Source of the DNA: Lophium mytilinum
Taxonomy: Eukaryota
Length of the DNA: 64,000 nt
Reading direction: 5' to 3'
NCBI GenBank assembly: GCA_010093605.1
Contig: MU004184.1
Coordinates: forward strand, 2,304,801 to 2,368,800
The notes under the pieces were generated by a model. That model saw only the letters and a program-made list of their open reading frames with translations, was not told where the DNA came from and did no database searches. Below, piece by piece: positions 1 through 11,868 of the stretch; position 1 is the first letter of the stretch; each line of letters starts with the position of its first letter. Made by a program: the position numbers and the translations under genes.

Positions 1-2948
1 CGCTTTATGCTGCAGATGCAAACGAAACTCAGGGACAGGATCCGGACATATCTGGCGCTGAATCAAGCGCAAACCAAGAACAGGAAAACCTGAAAGAACA
101 ACACAATGCCGCCGAGTCTCCAAGTGGCAGACATGCTTCACAGGACAATGTTGGGAGCAATGAAAAAGAGCATTCAGTGACCGAATCACCTCGCGGTACG
201 CCCGTGGGTGTAAACCAGGATGCCCCAGATGAAACCGTTCCTGCTGCTTTGGCCAAAGCAGTCGATCTTCTAGCGATGGTCACCAAAAGTATGCCCGAAG
301 CATCTGTACGGACAGGAAAGCTAAAAAAGCCGACTCTTGGAGACCCCGCTAGTCCAGCCAAAAAGAACCACCATGAAGCGAGCGTGTTTGATGTGCCGGA
401 TACACCGCCGAGAGCTTTCAAGGCCAGATTGAAGAAAACCATTACATACCACAAAAAACCAGCCAAGGACGCGGCCAAACCGAAGACAACTCGAATACCT
501 ATGAAGAGCGTGGTTCCCAAGAAGAAAGCGCCGCCACGAGGTCTGAAGTCGAAGCCCGTACCACCAAAGAAGAACGCGCAACCAGCGAAAGAGAACCATA
601 ACAGTAACAATATCGCTCCGGAGAGCTCCGAACCTTCCTCAGACAAAGTGAAGACGAAACCGAGCACGTCAAAGGCGAATGAGAAAACGCAGGATCGGGC
701 TGGAGGGGCAACACCGTCTAAGTCTACACTGCCCAAGCGCAAACCGACCGCCCTTTCACGTGCAACGGACAAAGCAGCACCCTCCGAGGCTGATCTTACT
801 ATCTACGATATCCCGCCAGACGAGCCAGAGAAAGCTGGCAAACTGAAAAGACCTGTGCGACGCTCTGTAGCAAAAGTGTTCAATTACAACGTGGAGGAAG
901 AGTCGGGCTATAGAAATGAAGAATCGGAATATGCGAACCAGGGGCCTACCCAAGAGTCGACCCAAGAGGCTCCACCGAACCCGAAGAAGCGCAAGCTCCA
1001 AGAGCCTCCAAAGACGACTGTAGCAGGACCGGGGAAGAAACGAAAATCTAACAATCAAATTCCAATACCTGCATCTGAGTCAGGTAAGAAGGGATTGGCC
1101 GGTCGGCTTGTGGGAATATCGCCACCCGTCACAGCGGCAAAGTCTACACCAATCACCGAGAAGCAAGCATCATTAGTAGTAGGAAATGATGGTTCTCAGA
1201 GTGATGATTTTATGCCTCTCATTGCGTCTTCTCCTCCGGTCTCTCAAGCGTCACCGACTCAATCGAAAGCCGTCGATCATGCTCACGGCAAAAAGCGCCC
1301 GGCAGAAACACCTCCAGTAGAAACACCCAAGGCAAAACGAAACAAACTATTGGAGTCATCGCAGCGTCTCGAGTCCACTAAGACACAGCGAAGTGTACGT
1401 AGCCGGACACATTCAAGTCAAGTTCACGTCAATGAGGCGGGGAGCCCATGTGCGGCTGATACCGAAGAGCGATCAGGAAAAACCTTGCTCGATGGCTTAC
1501 GAAACAGAACGACTTCTGAATGGTCTACAAACTCTAGACCTGGGAAACGACGAGGATCTGAGTCTCCTACCAGGGAGCACAATAACGCCCTATCGAAGGC
1601 CGCATTCATTGTAATCAGCGACAACAAGGGCGAGGCAGTAGAATCGGATTACGGCAGCTCATCTGAAGCGGATGAGCCTAGTTCACAGCAAGTTTTCTCA
1701 AGCAACACCAAGCCTGCACCGGCCTCACCAAACGCTGCCTCTCAGGCATTATCAGGCTATGCCGACGAGGAGGAGCTCAGGACGATAGGAGTAAGAGCAG
1801 AGGAGGCCAACGCGGCCAGTGACCCATTTAATCCACGACATCGGGCCTACGCCAAGGGACGTAATGAGAACTTCACGAGACGTCTCAGTGGACAGAATCC
1901 GTACGCAACGCCAGTCCCACCGCTTCGAAAGAAGGCGATGCCACGGAAGCCATTGTCTGAGCGTGTTGCGGAGAAGTCGCTTGGAGAGCTTGCAGTGCCA
2001 CATCTTGAGAAGACAATGGAGGTACTCTTCACCACAGAAGTCGTGAAGCTGGCGCAGAAAGTCGAGGCGATTGTCCAAGCTCCTACAACACCTGCGTTTG
2101 CACACGGGACCGAGAATGAGTTCAGCTCGTACCAGCCCCTGGTAGAGCCGCGAAAAACACTGGGCGTACAGATTGCTCAGGGCTTCAAGATCCCACCTAA
2201 GCCGACTATCCAACCGCTCTCCACCCCTACACCCACGAACGACCCCAATCTCAATCACAATATCGACGAGAGCGACACCTACGCGAATGACAACGACGAG
2301 AATGACCCCGACCAGACCCTCGTCGAACCTCATGGCAGCATGTCTCTCCCCACCAAATCCCTCGCCCCTGACCCACCCTCTTCACCGCCCGTGAGGGCAC
2401 GAAGTCAGAGCATCACCAGCGTCCGCAGCCTACACAGCTCCAGCTCCTTTGTTGAGACAGCGCAGCAGGTGCAGGTGCAAGAGGAAGAAGCAGAAGAAAT
2501 GGAGTGGGAGGCGGCACTACAGCCACATCAGCGGGCTGTTAGTGATGCGTTGCTAAGATTGTCGAAGGTCAGTCGATGATCGCTCGCAGACCTTCCCGTC
2601 ACCCTAGATTTCATGAATGCCTTCTTTCTATTCTGCTCTTCTTCCCCTTCTCCATCCTACTTTTCATCTCGCTCTTACTCCTCAATCTACGCGGCGTTTG
2701 AGTTGCGCTTTACTAACCCGAAGCAGCGCTTCATCCGCCACCTTGTTGACTCAGAAACGGCGCTATCCGACATTGTCGCTGAGTATGAGCGCGACGGGCG
2801 TGAAGTCATCAACCGTTTCGTCAAGAGTCACAAGAGCGATCATAATGAGATGATAGTGAGAGCGGAGACGCAGAAGAGGAAGCAGGTGGATGAGCTGAAG
2901 GGGTTTGCGAAGAAGTTGACGAAGGCTAGGATGGAGTTTGAAGGGTGA
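1..2948 (+). CDS. Large low-complexity Lys/Pro/Ser-rich hypothetical protein with C-terminal helical/coiled-coil region; 5' end lies outside the window
   Basis: Frame of ORF 177..2579 is open back to position 3. GT donor at ~2568 (aag|gtcagt) and branch/acceptor (tactaac...gcag) at ~2712-2727 join it to the terminal exon RFIRHLVDSETAL...MEFEG* ending at 2948. Confidence 0.75.
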
Positions 2949-3430
2949 TAGATTCGTCGCATCTTCTAGGCGTTATTCAAGTTTGCGGGGCTACCATAGG
3001 CGGCATTTGCTAGTGCTCATGTCGACAGCTTGACGAACAATGTTTTGGACGGGGCGGTGCAGGGTATGTGTATAACGTCTTGATTTTTAACGGTTGTTTG
3101 GGGTGTCAAAGTCGATATATTTTCTACGGCGCAAATTGCAAATACTTCTACCAACTACAGTTCAAGAATCGAAGGAAGAGCAATGCCCTTCAACGGAAGG
3201 GCTCTCTCATTGCACTAGCCATTTCGCATTAACCATCTCTCGTGAAACATCTCTCATGCTCGTGAACGACCTCTCCAACCCAGTTCATCTATCATGAAGA
3301 TGCAGATGCAAAGAAAACCTGCTCCTAGCACCCAACTCCCGCTCTTCTAGACCCGCCCCAAACGCCATACGCCCGCATCCAGAACCTCTGCCGCCACCAC
3401 CCTCCACAAGAGGGAGGGCGAGAGAGACGA

Positions 3431-4841
3431 CTACAGCTTCTCATTCTCCTCCCCAATCCTCGGCGGACTCTTACTCTTACTCTCACCTTTCCCCCGAAAC
3501 GGGCTCGTGCTTCTCCTATCAAGTCATTAGCACCCATCACCGCCAGAAGAGCAGCACTCAACAAGCCCAACAAGTAGTAAAAAAAGGAGTCCACCCACGA
3601 TCGCCGCCGCTCCCCCTCCTTCCGCCTCTCCTCGATAATCCGCAGCATCGTCTTCCGCCCCGCCGCGGGGTCTAGCTCGCGATTCGCCATGCTCATATTC
3701 ACCTTGCCGTTCGCGTCCGCCGTCAGCAGCCGGTGCAGCAGCAGGTGCTTCATAATCAGGCATACGTAGACGCCGCAGTCCGAGGAGTTGTCTTGCTGGG
3801 GTGTGTCCCCCATGTTCACGAAGCGCAGCGGTTTGCCGCCGAGGAGGGTCGCCATTTTTTGCGTTACGGTGCGTGCTTCGGCGTCGTTGGAGGGGCAGAG
3901 CGAGTCGTAGTGGAAGGCGACGCCGTCGAGCACGGACACGACGAGGAGGGTCCAGTGCGAGCCGCCTTCGGCAACTTCGACGTTGCGGTTGTCGTTTATG
4001 GGGAGGAAGATGTGCGTTGTGAGGGTGAAGTCGGGGAGGGCGTCTTTCAGGGTGAGCGGGTTTGGGGTTTGCATGAGCATGAAGGCCATGCTGGGGCGGA
4101 GGAGGGTGATTTGTGCTTTGGGGTAGGCGGTGAGTTTTTCGTGTTCTAGGTATCTGGTGGTTTGTTAGGCGCGCGCGCATTTGGAGGGTTGCTCCGGTGA
4201 AGAGGAGGGAGAGGGAAGGGAGAAGTACTCCTCCCAGAATGCGATGGCCTGGGGGTGTTAGCTTAGTTGTGGTTTTAGGAACAATGGGAGGGAGGGGATT
4301 GGCCTGTGTATACTGGGAACCGCTGCTTTGGGGCTAGAACTGGCTGCAAGATCCCGCTTCAGGTGGTACAGAGAGGTGAATACCCCTCCAAGCAGGAGCT
4401 TCGAGAGGTAGTCCTGTCTGCCTTGAAGTCTCCGAATTCTTGTAGCCCACAAAAGCACCCAAAGCAGCGGCGAGCGAGTATACACACGCCAATTCCCTCG
4501 AATCGCAGAGGAGCTGACATACGTTGTCGGTCAACCAGTCATTCTTTATGCTCTCCAAATCGCCCCGCGTCACTATCGTTCGCAATCAGTGTCGGGTCGT
4601 CGCGTCGCCGAGGCGGGAGGGTGCATACCGCGAACATCATGATCTACCAATCGCTTAGCGGGAGCGTTTCTCCATGATATGGAACGTGTACGTACAGCTT
4701 AAATAGGCCTCGTCGTCGGGATGGAGCTAGACAGAAGGGCGCGTCAGTCTGTAGCCTTGGTTGGAGTATTGGATGGGCGCAACTCACCTTGCCGCCGAAT
4801 TGACGGCTGATCCTGCCCTTTATGTTGTGGAATCCGGACAT
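3431..4841 (-). CDS. DEN1: NEDD8-specific cysteine protease (Ulp1/peptidase C48 family, SENP8/DEN1/DenA-like), multi-exon
   Basis: Motifs IFLPIND, GGSHWTLL (catalytic His), FHYDSL, PQQDNSSDCGVYV (Gln/Cys) and N-terminal DWLTDN-AIAFWEE, reconstructed across several GT-AG introns. ATG at 4841; stop TAG at 3431-3433 after ...SPPRIGEENEKL. Confidence 0.9.
4292..4499 (-). other. Long imperfect fold-back hairpin occupying most of the longest DEN1 intron
   Basis: Sense-strand arms ATTGGCGTGTGTATACT/AGTATACACAGGCCAAT, GCCGCTGCTTTGGG/CCCAAAGCAGCGGT, GGCTACAAGA/TCTTGCAGCC, TACCTCTC/GAGGGGTA and AAGC/GCTT close on a 4-nt loop at 4394-4397. Confidence 0.85.
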
Positions 4842-5494
4842 GATGTCTACTGGCAGAGGATATGTATTGAGGAACGAGAAGGCGGTCTTTTGGGAGTTGG
4901 GTGTCGGGATGTTCCTTGGTGTTGAGGTTGCCTGCGATCCTCGATTTCTTAGCGGGGGATGTGACGACTGCGGAGATGACGTCGCGTCGAGGCCGTGTCT
5001 GTGGCTTATGTTCACTTCAACACCAGCATTGCCTTCGTAGGATGACGGTAAGAGAGCACAGGAGAAAGATGTGTACGCTAAATGTTCATGGTTTTGATTG
5101 GATATGCTAAGTCTCATCAATTGAGAGACTTTGCTCATTGCGGTACACCTGGGCGGTGGTATTTTCTACAATTTCTGGAAGTAAGGAGAGAAAGAATACC
5201 CAAATAACCTCTCATGGCATATCTGCAAATTTTCTGAATGAACTGAGTGCTGAGAAAGTTCATGTTTTCGATTTAAACATGCGGGTGAGATGCCGTACCA
5301 CTCCAGTTGTGCAGGTTAATATTTCTCTTCACCTTCATTTTCCCCCTAGCTTCATTTCATCACATCTTGCTTCTTTGTGTCAGATTCGGACGTAGCTGTC
5401 CGTGAGCAAGGTACTGGAAAATGCTAGGTAAACTGTTGGCTTGAACTCAAATGGCTACCATGAGCAGTCGAATATCTGAATAAGACGTCGAGTA

Positions 5495-5711
5495 CAGTCC
5501 TAGGCTACAAGTCTGGGCACACGGACTCGGCTCTGACTTGCTCACTTGACACCACTGTTGGGGGTAGCCTGGCTGCTAAGCAGACGATTAGTCAAAAGGC
5601 AGTCTAATCTGCACTGCGTAAAGCTTTACATCCGCCCTTGAGTCTTCGAAACTCTGCGGGGGACCCCAAGCAGTGGCGTACCAGTGTGCCCAGACTTGTG
5701 GCCTGTCACTG
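5495..5711. mobile_element. Tc1/mariner (impala/mimp-like) MITE, copy 1 (best preserved)
   Basis: 28-bp imperfect TIRs CAGTCCTAGGCTACAAGTCTGGGCACAC / GTGTGCCCAGACTTGTGGCCTGTCACTG flanked by TA on both sides; 217 bp, non-coding; homologous copies at 41.3 kb and 53.2 kb. Confidence 0.85.
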
Positions 5712-5749
5712 TAGCCTCGTCCTTTCCCCTCTGGAGAAAAGACTTTTTC

Positions 5750-6814
5750 TCATAGATATTTCGCCCCATTCCAAACCTCCTCCCAAATCCGCTCTTGTTT
5801 TTCTCTCTTCTGAGTCCTGTCAAGCCCCTCACAATCCGGTCCAGACACCCCTCTAAAAGATCTCTCAACAACCAGCACCACATTATCCACCTCCTTCCTC
5901 TCCCCATCCTCCGTCAGCGCAGGCACCCTCCACACCCTCCAATTTATCAAGCAACTTTCACATTCCAACACCGAGCCACGCACACTATCTTCCATAAGCT
6001 CGAATTCCTCGCAGCAGTGGAACCGAACCACCTTGCTAATGTCCGGATCATAGATGGACCTGTGCCGACACAGCGGGACGGGGACAGCGCGCCGCAGCTT
6101 CCGCAGAGCGGCCAGCATGTCGTCGGCGCCATACCACTTCGAAGTCGGGACCTGCATGAGCAGATGGCGCGACCAAACCCTGCGCGCCGATTTCCCGCAA
6201 ACAGCCTGGGCGGCCCGGCAGACGCGCGTTTCAGGGCACAAAACCAGCTGGGCTGGCTCGAAGGCGCGGGCGATGTGGAGGCGTCTACAGCCGCTACAGC
6301 CGTAGTTGCGGTGGAGGAGGGGGAGGCGCTGTGCGTGCTCAGCGGCGCAGAGGTCTTTGTATCGCTCGTGCTGCACGACATCACGGATCCCCTGCACGTC
6401 GCTGAAGCTTAAGATTCGGAGTCCTGGTTTGAGGACTACGTGGAAGCGTGTGCATGTTAAGCGGAGCGCTAGACGCGCTGCTGGCTGGAGATGGTCCGAG
6501 ATCATCAGTAGCAGCTCGGAGGGGAGTTGGTAGAGCGGGCTCCTGGTTTCATTGTGCTGTCGTTCGGGCTCTCGGCGCTTCCAGTAGTACAGGTGGGCGA
6601 GTCTTCGTGCTGGCCCGGCGATGGTATCGTGGAGGTTGCGGAAGCACGTTGAGATGTGGCCGTATCTCCTAGGCCTGTAGAGGATCCATTGTTTGTGGCT
6701 GGGGGAGTATTGGTACAGTAGGCCATTGAATTTCAGCTTGGGAAAGTCGCCTCGCTCGGCTAGGTAGAGGGCGAGGTCTGCGAGGTGGTTGGCTCTGGCG
6801 TTGTTGAAGGGCAT
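5750..6814 (-). CDS. F-box domain protein with Cys-rich C-terminal region
   Basis: 354 aa ORF with F-box motif SPLYQLPSELLLMISDHLQPAARLALRLTCTRF, followed by CSGC...H, CxH and CESC motifs. Confidence 0.8.
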   Translation of the reverse strand: MPFNNARANHLADLALYLAERGDFPKLKFNGLLYQYSPSHKQWILYRPRRYGHISTCFRNLHDTIAGPARRLAHLYYWKRREPERQHNETRSPLYQLPSELLLMISDHLQPAARLALRLTCTRFHVVLKPGLRILSFSDVQGIRDVVQHERYKDLCAAEHAQRLPLLHRNYGCSGCRRLHIARAFEPAQLVLCPETRVCRAAQAVCGKSARRVWSRHLLMQVPTSKWYGADDMLAALRKLRRAVPVPLCRHRSIYDPDISKVVRFHCCEEFELMEDSVRGSVLECESCLINWRVWRVPALTEDGERKEVDNVVLVVERSFRGVSGPDCEGLDRTQKREKQERIWEEVWNGAKYL

Positions 6815-7227
6815 GTTAGTGGTGGTGGTTGAGGGATGTGTTACGGGAAAGGAGGAGTCGAGGGTTTGGAGATGAGCGTGAAAAGTATATAGGGAAACCG
6901 GGAATGTGCAACTGTTCTATAATTCCGTGATGGCGCTCTGATCTGCCATGGTACCGTGGTTGCAATCGTTGGTTCAAAGGGGGATACCAAAGTCTTTCAA
7001 CCATGGAACAACGACCAAGGATTAAAGATATCCTTGGCGATCTATCGCATGTTGCCAAAGAGGGCCGCCATTAATCGACAGAACCGGAAGAATAGACATG
7101 AAACGCCCTTGTAATTATCGTACTCAATTTAGACAACGACCTGAGGTCCAGTATTCTGAATTTGATGCTAGAGTCCCAGCGACCCCAGAAGCGTGGCTCA
7201 CGTCGCCAAAGCAAGAATCCCACGCCC

Positions 7228-8336
7228 TCAGTGCTCGTCCTCGCTCTCATCATCGTCCTCGTCCTCTACTACCCTCTCCCCTTTCACGAACACCTCCGCC
7301 TCCGTTCTCTGCAATCCTGGGAACCCATCCGCCAATCTCTTCAATACTTCTTCTTGTACCAGTTCGAACCGCCTTTTCGGGTCCCTCATGTCATTTAAAT
7401 ACCTGAACGGGCGCCGAAACGCTGTCATGTACTTCTCCTTTGTCCAGCCCCACTCAATCGTAACATGCTTTGGAGTCGCGGCAATCAGAGACTGCATCGT
7501 TGCTTGCAGCTTGTCAGGCACGTGCTCAGATTCCCTTTCAAAGAATTTCAACAGCGCTCGCGGGGTCGCGCCGTTGTATATTATCACCACGCGTAGCTCC
7601 CGGAGGCTGCGCATGTAGTGCAGTGCACGAAAACGAGCAGGGTCGGGACCCGAGCGACCTAGGTCGGTGTGCCCATCGAGAGGATTGAACCTTGGAGAAG
7701 TCTGTTTGACGTTCAATTCGAAGATCATGACAAGGCGCTGGATGTGCTCAATATCCCAGTTGTGGTTGGTGACCCGGACGTGGTTTAGGAGGCCGGCGTA
7801 AGGAGGTGGGAAAGACTCAGGACCGGGGTTATAGCAGCCGGGGACATCGAAATGACACGGGTAGTGAGAATAGTGCAGCCAGGCCGAGGAGGAGGCAAGA
7901 ATCAAGCCGAAGGTGAGCTGGGGGTACAGCGCCTCTTTCACTTCCTTGCTGACTTGCTTGCAGATTTCCAAGATCGCAAATTTCTTGAGATGAGGCGCTG
8001 GACCTTGAAGTGATAGTCTCTCCCCATACAGCGTTGCGCCTTTGTCCTTTACTAGCTTTGATTTCCATAGAACTATGCCTTGCTTAAGAGCGAGATCGTA
8101 GACCATGTCGCGGAGTTCGCGCGGGAGATCCAGAAAGCGGAACGCGCCGGTAGGCTTCCAGTGAGAGTGCTTGCGCTTCTTTCTGCGCTTCGTTGGATAA
8201 TCATGTGGCCGGGAAACGTAGAGGATGCAGTGGGGAAGGGGGAAGGAAGGTGGGGGGGATCTTACGCAGGTGGTGGCCTCCCAGAAGAGGAGTCGCTCGA
8301 CGAGGAGTCGCTCGTGGTGGAAGAAGAGTCGCTCAT
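7228..8336 (-). CDS. F-box-like (FRFLDLPRELR) family protein, paralog 1 of 4
   Basis: Motifs FRFLDLPRELRDMVY, CKQV, HFDVP, WDIEHI, RFRALHYM and RTEAEVFVKG. Inferred ATG 8336 with phase-2 intron 8183-8265; an unspliced ORF from 8436 is also open. Confidence 0.8.
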
Positions 8337-8938
8337 CGTCGAAGATGTTGTCGTAGGTGTGAAGAGCTTGGAGATAAGTGGCCTTTTTGAAGGAGACGGG
8401 GAGAAATGATGTTCCGAGGACTAGGTCATGTGACATGGGACGTGAACATTTGCCAAGAATTTTGATACAATGCTGATTGCGTGCATCACCACCTAATTCC
8501 TACAACTGTGGGCGCCGTCTGGGGTAGCCCGGCCGGTTTACCGATCCGTCAAAATGATGAGACGAAACCTTCTTCATATCCTTGAAAGTACGTTGAGGCG
8601 CCTGCGACGGCGGAAAGCAGGTGAACACAGGTCTTTGATTCCTTGATGCCTGAAAAGAGAGGCAAGACTTGTTTTCAATGGAGATGGTATACAGTACCTC
8701 GTAACTCTGTGCACACCTAGATGCCGCTGTTTGGGGTGGTCTACCTAGTTTACTGATGGTTTAAAACCATTGACTTGCTCCGTCTTGGAAAGGTGTTGAA
8801 GCACCCGTGACGGTGGCACAGATGTTTACACAGACTTGAGCTATGTTCAACGGTGCAGACCTCTTTCAAGTTCGAGATGGTTCTTTCTGATTACCTCTTT
8901 TCATTCGGTACCTACATGTAGAAACCAGCCCATTCCCG

Positions 8939-10024
8939 CTAATACCCTCTTAAGGGCAAAACGTGCTGCACCAGACAACTCTGCCGGCAAAGCGGACACT
9001 CAGGCTTCTCCCTTGCCCAATCCCCAATGCAACCCCAACAAAACACATGCCCACAGATCGTGACGCTCGGGTCCTTCATCTCCTCCAAACAAAGCGTACA
9101 CTTCCTCTGCTGTGTCCCATTGATCCATTCCATCTCCGTCTCGTTCTTTAAATCATACCTCGGCCGCCCTAATACCTCCGTCTGCGTGATCCGCTGTAAG
9201 CTCTGCGGATCCTGCGTGTGCGCCGTCGACGACTCAAATAGCAGCGCATTATTGGCGCTGTATGCATCGGGCGCTAACGAGACTTCGACGCCATGATCGA
9301 GCACCACACTCGATCCCATCACCGATGGTGTGTTCGCTACGGTGACGGTATTTTGCATATGCAGATACGCCTGCACAGCCATTTGGAGCACGAGGAGCAC
9401 GCCGAGAACCTCGTACCCGACGCGCTGCTCGCTCTCCTCGACTTTCCGCGTGAAGATGTATCGTAGGCCCCAAATGCGCTTCCCGAGGTGGTAGTACGCG
9501 CCGCTGAAGTAAAAGGTTGCTAGCGACACAGCATAGAGAGGAGAGGGCGATGTTATCGTGTCCAGATTATGTAGGATGTAGGACTGCAACTTGTATCCCG
9601 CGCTCCCTTGCTCTTTCTGTCCCTTTCGCGCTCGCCGCCGCAGATTTGCTTCGAGCTTCGCGCGTATCCGTCTGCGAAAGGCGGGCAGAATTCGCCCCAG
9701 GCCATAGGGTACCAAGACAGTTGATATGATGTAACCTGATCGCCGCGCGAGATTGGGTAGACGACGTGTCGCGTCTTCTACTTGCACGATGTCCGTGTAT
9801 TCTTCGCCCAACGTGCGGTTGCCGAGTCCTGTGGTGAGGCCAAGGTAGAGGAGCTCGGCGAAGGTGCGGGCTTCAGTAGTATATGCATGCGCAGTACGGG
9901 CCCCGTAGAGGTTGCGGAGGATCGTGGAGAGGTGTTGCAAGAGGAGGCCTTGGAAGTAGGCGTCCTTTTGGTGGGAGCGGATTATGTCAGGGGAGGCGGC
10001 GAAAGGGTGGGTGAAGGCGGGCAT
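8939..10024 (-). CDS. PEX10: Peroxin 10, peroxisomal RING-finger E3 ligase
   Basis: Pex2/Pex12 N-terminal motifs (FAASPDIIRSHQKD, TLGEEYTDI) and a C-terminal C3HC4 RING (CTLCLE...CGHVFCWGCI...CPLCR). Confidence 0.96.
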   Translation of the reverse strand: MPAFTHPFAASPDIIRSHQKDAYFQGLLLQHLSTILRNLYGARTAHAYTTEARTFAELLYLGLTTGLGNRTLGEEYTDIVQVEDATRRLPNLARRSGYIISTVLVPYGLGRILPAFRRRIRAKLEANLRRRARKGQKEQGSAGYKLQSYILHNLDTITSPSPLYAVSLATFYFSGAYYHLGKRIWGLRYIFTRKVEESEQRVGYEVLGVLLVLQMAVQAYLHMQNTVTVANTPSVMGSSVVLDHGVEVSLAPDAYSANNALLFESSTAHTQDPQSLQRITQTEVLGRPRYDLKNETEMEWINGTQQRKCTLCLEEMKDPSVTICGHVFCWGCIGDWAREKPECPLCRQSCLVQHVLPLRGY

Positions 10025-10430
10025 TCTCGCCTTTGAGATGTATTCGGAGAGGAGGAATGGACGGTCGGACGGAAGAGGCGATTGATGTGATGTAGAATGG
10101 CATGAGATTCAAGCTATATCATGGAGTTGAGGTTCAGGGATCCGACCTCGGCATTTCTGCCAACAGTGACTAAGCGGTCCTTCTATGGTTATCACTCTTC
10201 CAACGCTGCATCGCATGTTGATTCTATCTAATTTGTGGACTAAAAGGTAGCTATCTGCTAGCCGCCATACTTGTAAGTATATCTTCTAAATACCTAATAC
10301 TATAAAGGCGAATACTCGCTCGCCTGCCTCTACCTCTCCTTAAGATCTTAGACTGTCCCGTAAACTTCAAACAGCGTTGCCATGTATTTTGTGGAGATGT
10401 ATATATAGTAAAGGCAGAGTTATATAGATT

Positions 10431-10825
10431 AAAAAAAGAATTTTCAAGGAGCAAAACACCACCCTCGTAAGAGGGTGTAGCCACCTCGGAGAGGTTTCTT
10501 TAGATCCATCCTGGAGGTCCGGTCCCAATGTTTCAATCCATCGAATCTTCACCGGCCACTCTCAGCCTCACGCACCAACTGCATACGGCCTCTTTACCGG
10601 CTTCCAAGCCTCTCATGCCGCCTCCGAGCTGGTTCCGAAGAATCAGCTTTTAACACCATAAGTCGAGTCGAGAATCGCCGACTGCTGGGGTCGAACGCCA
10701 GACCAACTTCCAAACTCAGGTGAGGTTGTCGACGGTGGGTAAAACCCACCTCGCGAGGTAAGTGCCTGGATTCGGCCGCGGGCTTACACTCGGTGTGGCC
10801 GACCAGTTGAGCTGCTGGGAAATTA
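10431..10825 (-). ncRNA. Candidate RNA polymerase III-transcribed structured non-coding RNA (identity unresolved; SRP RNA not excluded)
   Basis: On the minus strand: TATATAA (10859-10865), A-box-like CAGCTCAACTGG (10803-10814), B-box-like CGTTCGACCC (10688-10697), C(UUCG)G hairpin (10628-10647), long 5'/3' complementarity and a T7 run (10431-10437). No credible ORF. Confidence 0.55.
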
Positions 10826-11868
10826 GTAGATGAAAAAAGGGTTCAGATTTTACTTGACTTATATAGACCGAGGAGTGCGACGCCGCTTTAAGAATTCAAT
10901 TAAGCTTAACGTTAGGACCTCTACTAGCACTCCCCATTGCTGGCACTAAACGAGTTGAAGATGAAGAACAGCACTTTCTTTTCTGTTTTGTCGTAGCAGT
11001 TCCGGATCTTCATGGTCGCACGCCCTCACTTCCCATGGTCTTACGGACATCCTCAATCACGGATGCCCCTAGCACACCCTCTCCGAAGCCCGCCACACCA
11101 TCCTCCTCTGTCAAACTCGCGCCCGCCTCCTTGCCCGCCACTCCACCCACCGCTTGCCTGCCTCCCACACCTACACCTCCACCACGACCACGGCCCCTTT
11201 ACCCACCTCCTCCGCCCGCTCCGCCTCCTACCCACCGACCCCATCACCACGTGCGCCGCCCGATCGAACCGCGTCATCTACAGCCTCCTCTTGATTTCCA
11301 AAACCCTAACATCTACACCAACGTCTTCGACTTCAACCCCACCTCACCAGCTTCCTTCTCCTCGTTCTCGTGCTTGGCTCGCTACTCCAAACCCCGATCT
11401 GCTTCACTCTAGGTAAACAGGCAGGCTGCTCACGCTGTAGTCTGAAAAGGGGTTGAGTTTATGAGAAGAACATTTTGTAGACATGGATGGCTCTGGTGCG
11501 CGGATTTACAATGCCATCGAAAGGGAGTCATCGCGAGAGTTGTCAATAGGCTGAAATGAGATGGAGAATATCTACCTCTATCTAGTACTATCCAGTTCCC
11601 GTTTCTGGCTCTTTGTATTATGGCAGTGAAGACTCATTTGTATCCCATTTCGGATTCTCGCCGTTCGTGACTTATCGTCCAAGTGTATGCCTGAGCATAG
11701 CACGTCGATCAGCATCTGCGCATTCTCATCTTCTATCGATCGGCGTCTTTCAGGACAATATTATAACTCAGGTCAGCTTTGACTCCTTTAAGGAAGTCGA
11801 AGACACCGTCTTCAGCGGCACGGTACGGGGCGAACACTGCTACGATGGCAGCCTTTTCAATCTTTCCT

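Noticed and set aside
29..772. 247 aa antisense ORF and the many other ORFs overlapping called genes
   Set aside because: Shadow ORFs caused by the codon bias of the real gene on the opposite strand or frame.
8500..8560. GGGGTAGCC...GTCAAAA similarity to the Tc1 MITE interior
   Set aside because: Too short and no convincing TIRs.
10530..10570. CTGAGA...CCGGTGAA resembling a TPP riboswitch or hammerhead core
   Set aside because: Lacks the TPP TGAT..GG.TAAT.CC.GCG segment and the hammerhead CUGANGA core.
10749..10764. ACTTACCT (U1 snRNA 5' end-like) within the ncRNA candidate
   Set aside because: No U1-70K loop (GAUCA.GAAG), U1A loop (AUUGCAC) or Sm site at the expected positions.
11012..11416. 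Pro-rich plus-strand ORFs and a G-rich minus strand between the ncRNA candidate and MAK11
   Set aside because: Low-complexity translations with no domain; the most protein-like minus frame has several stops. At best a decayed gene.
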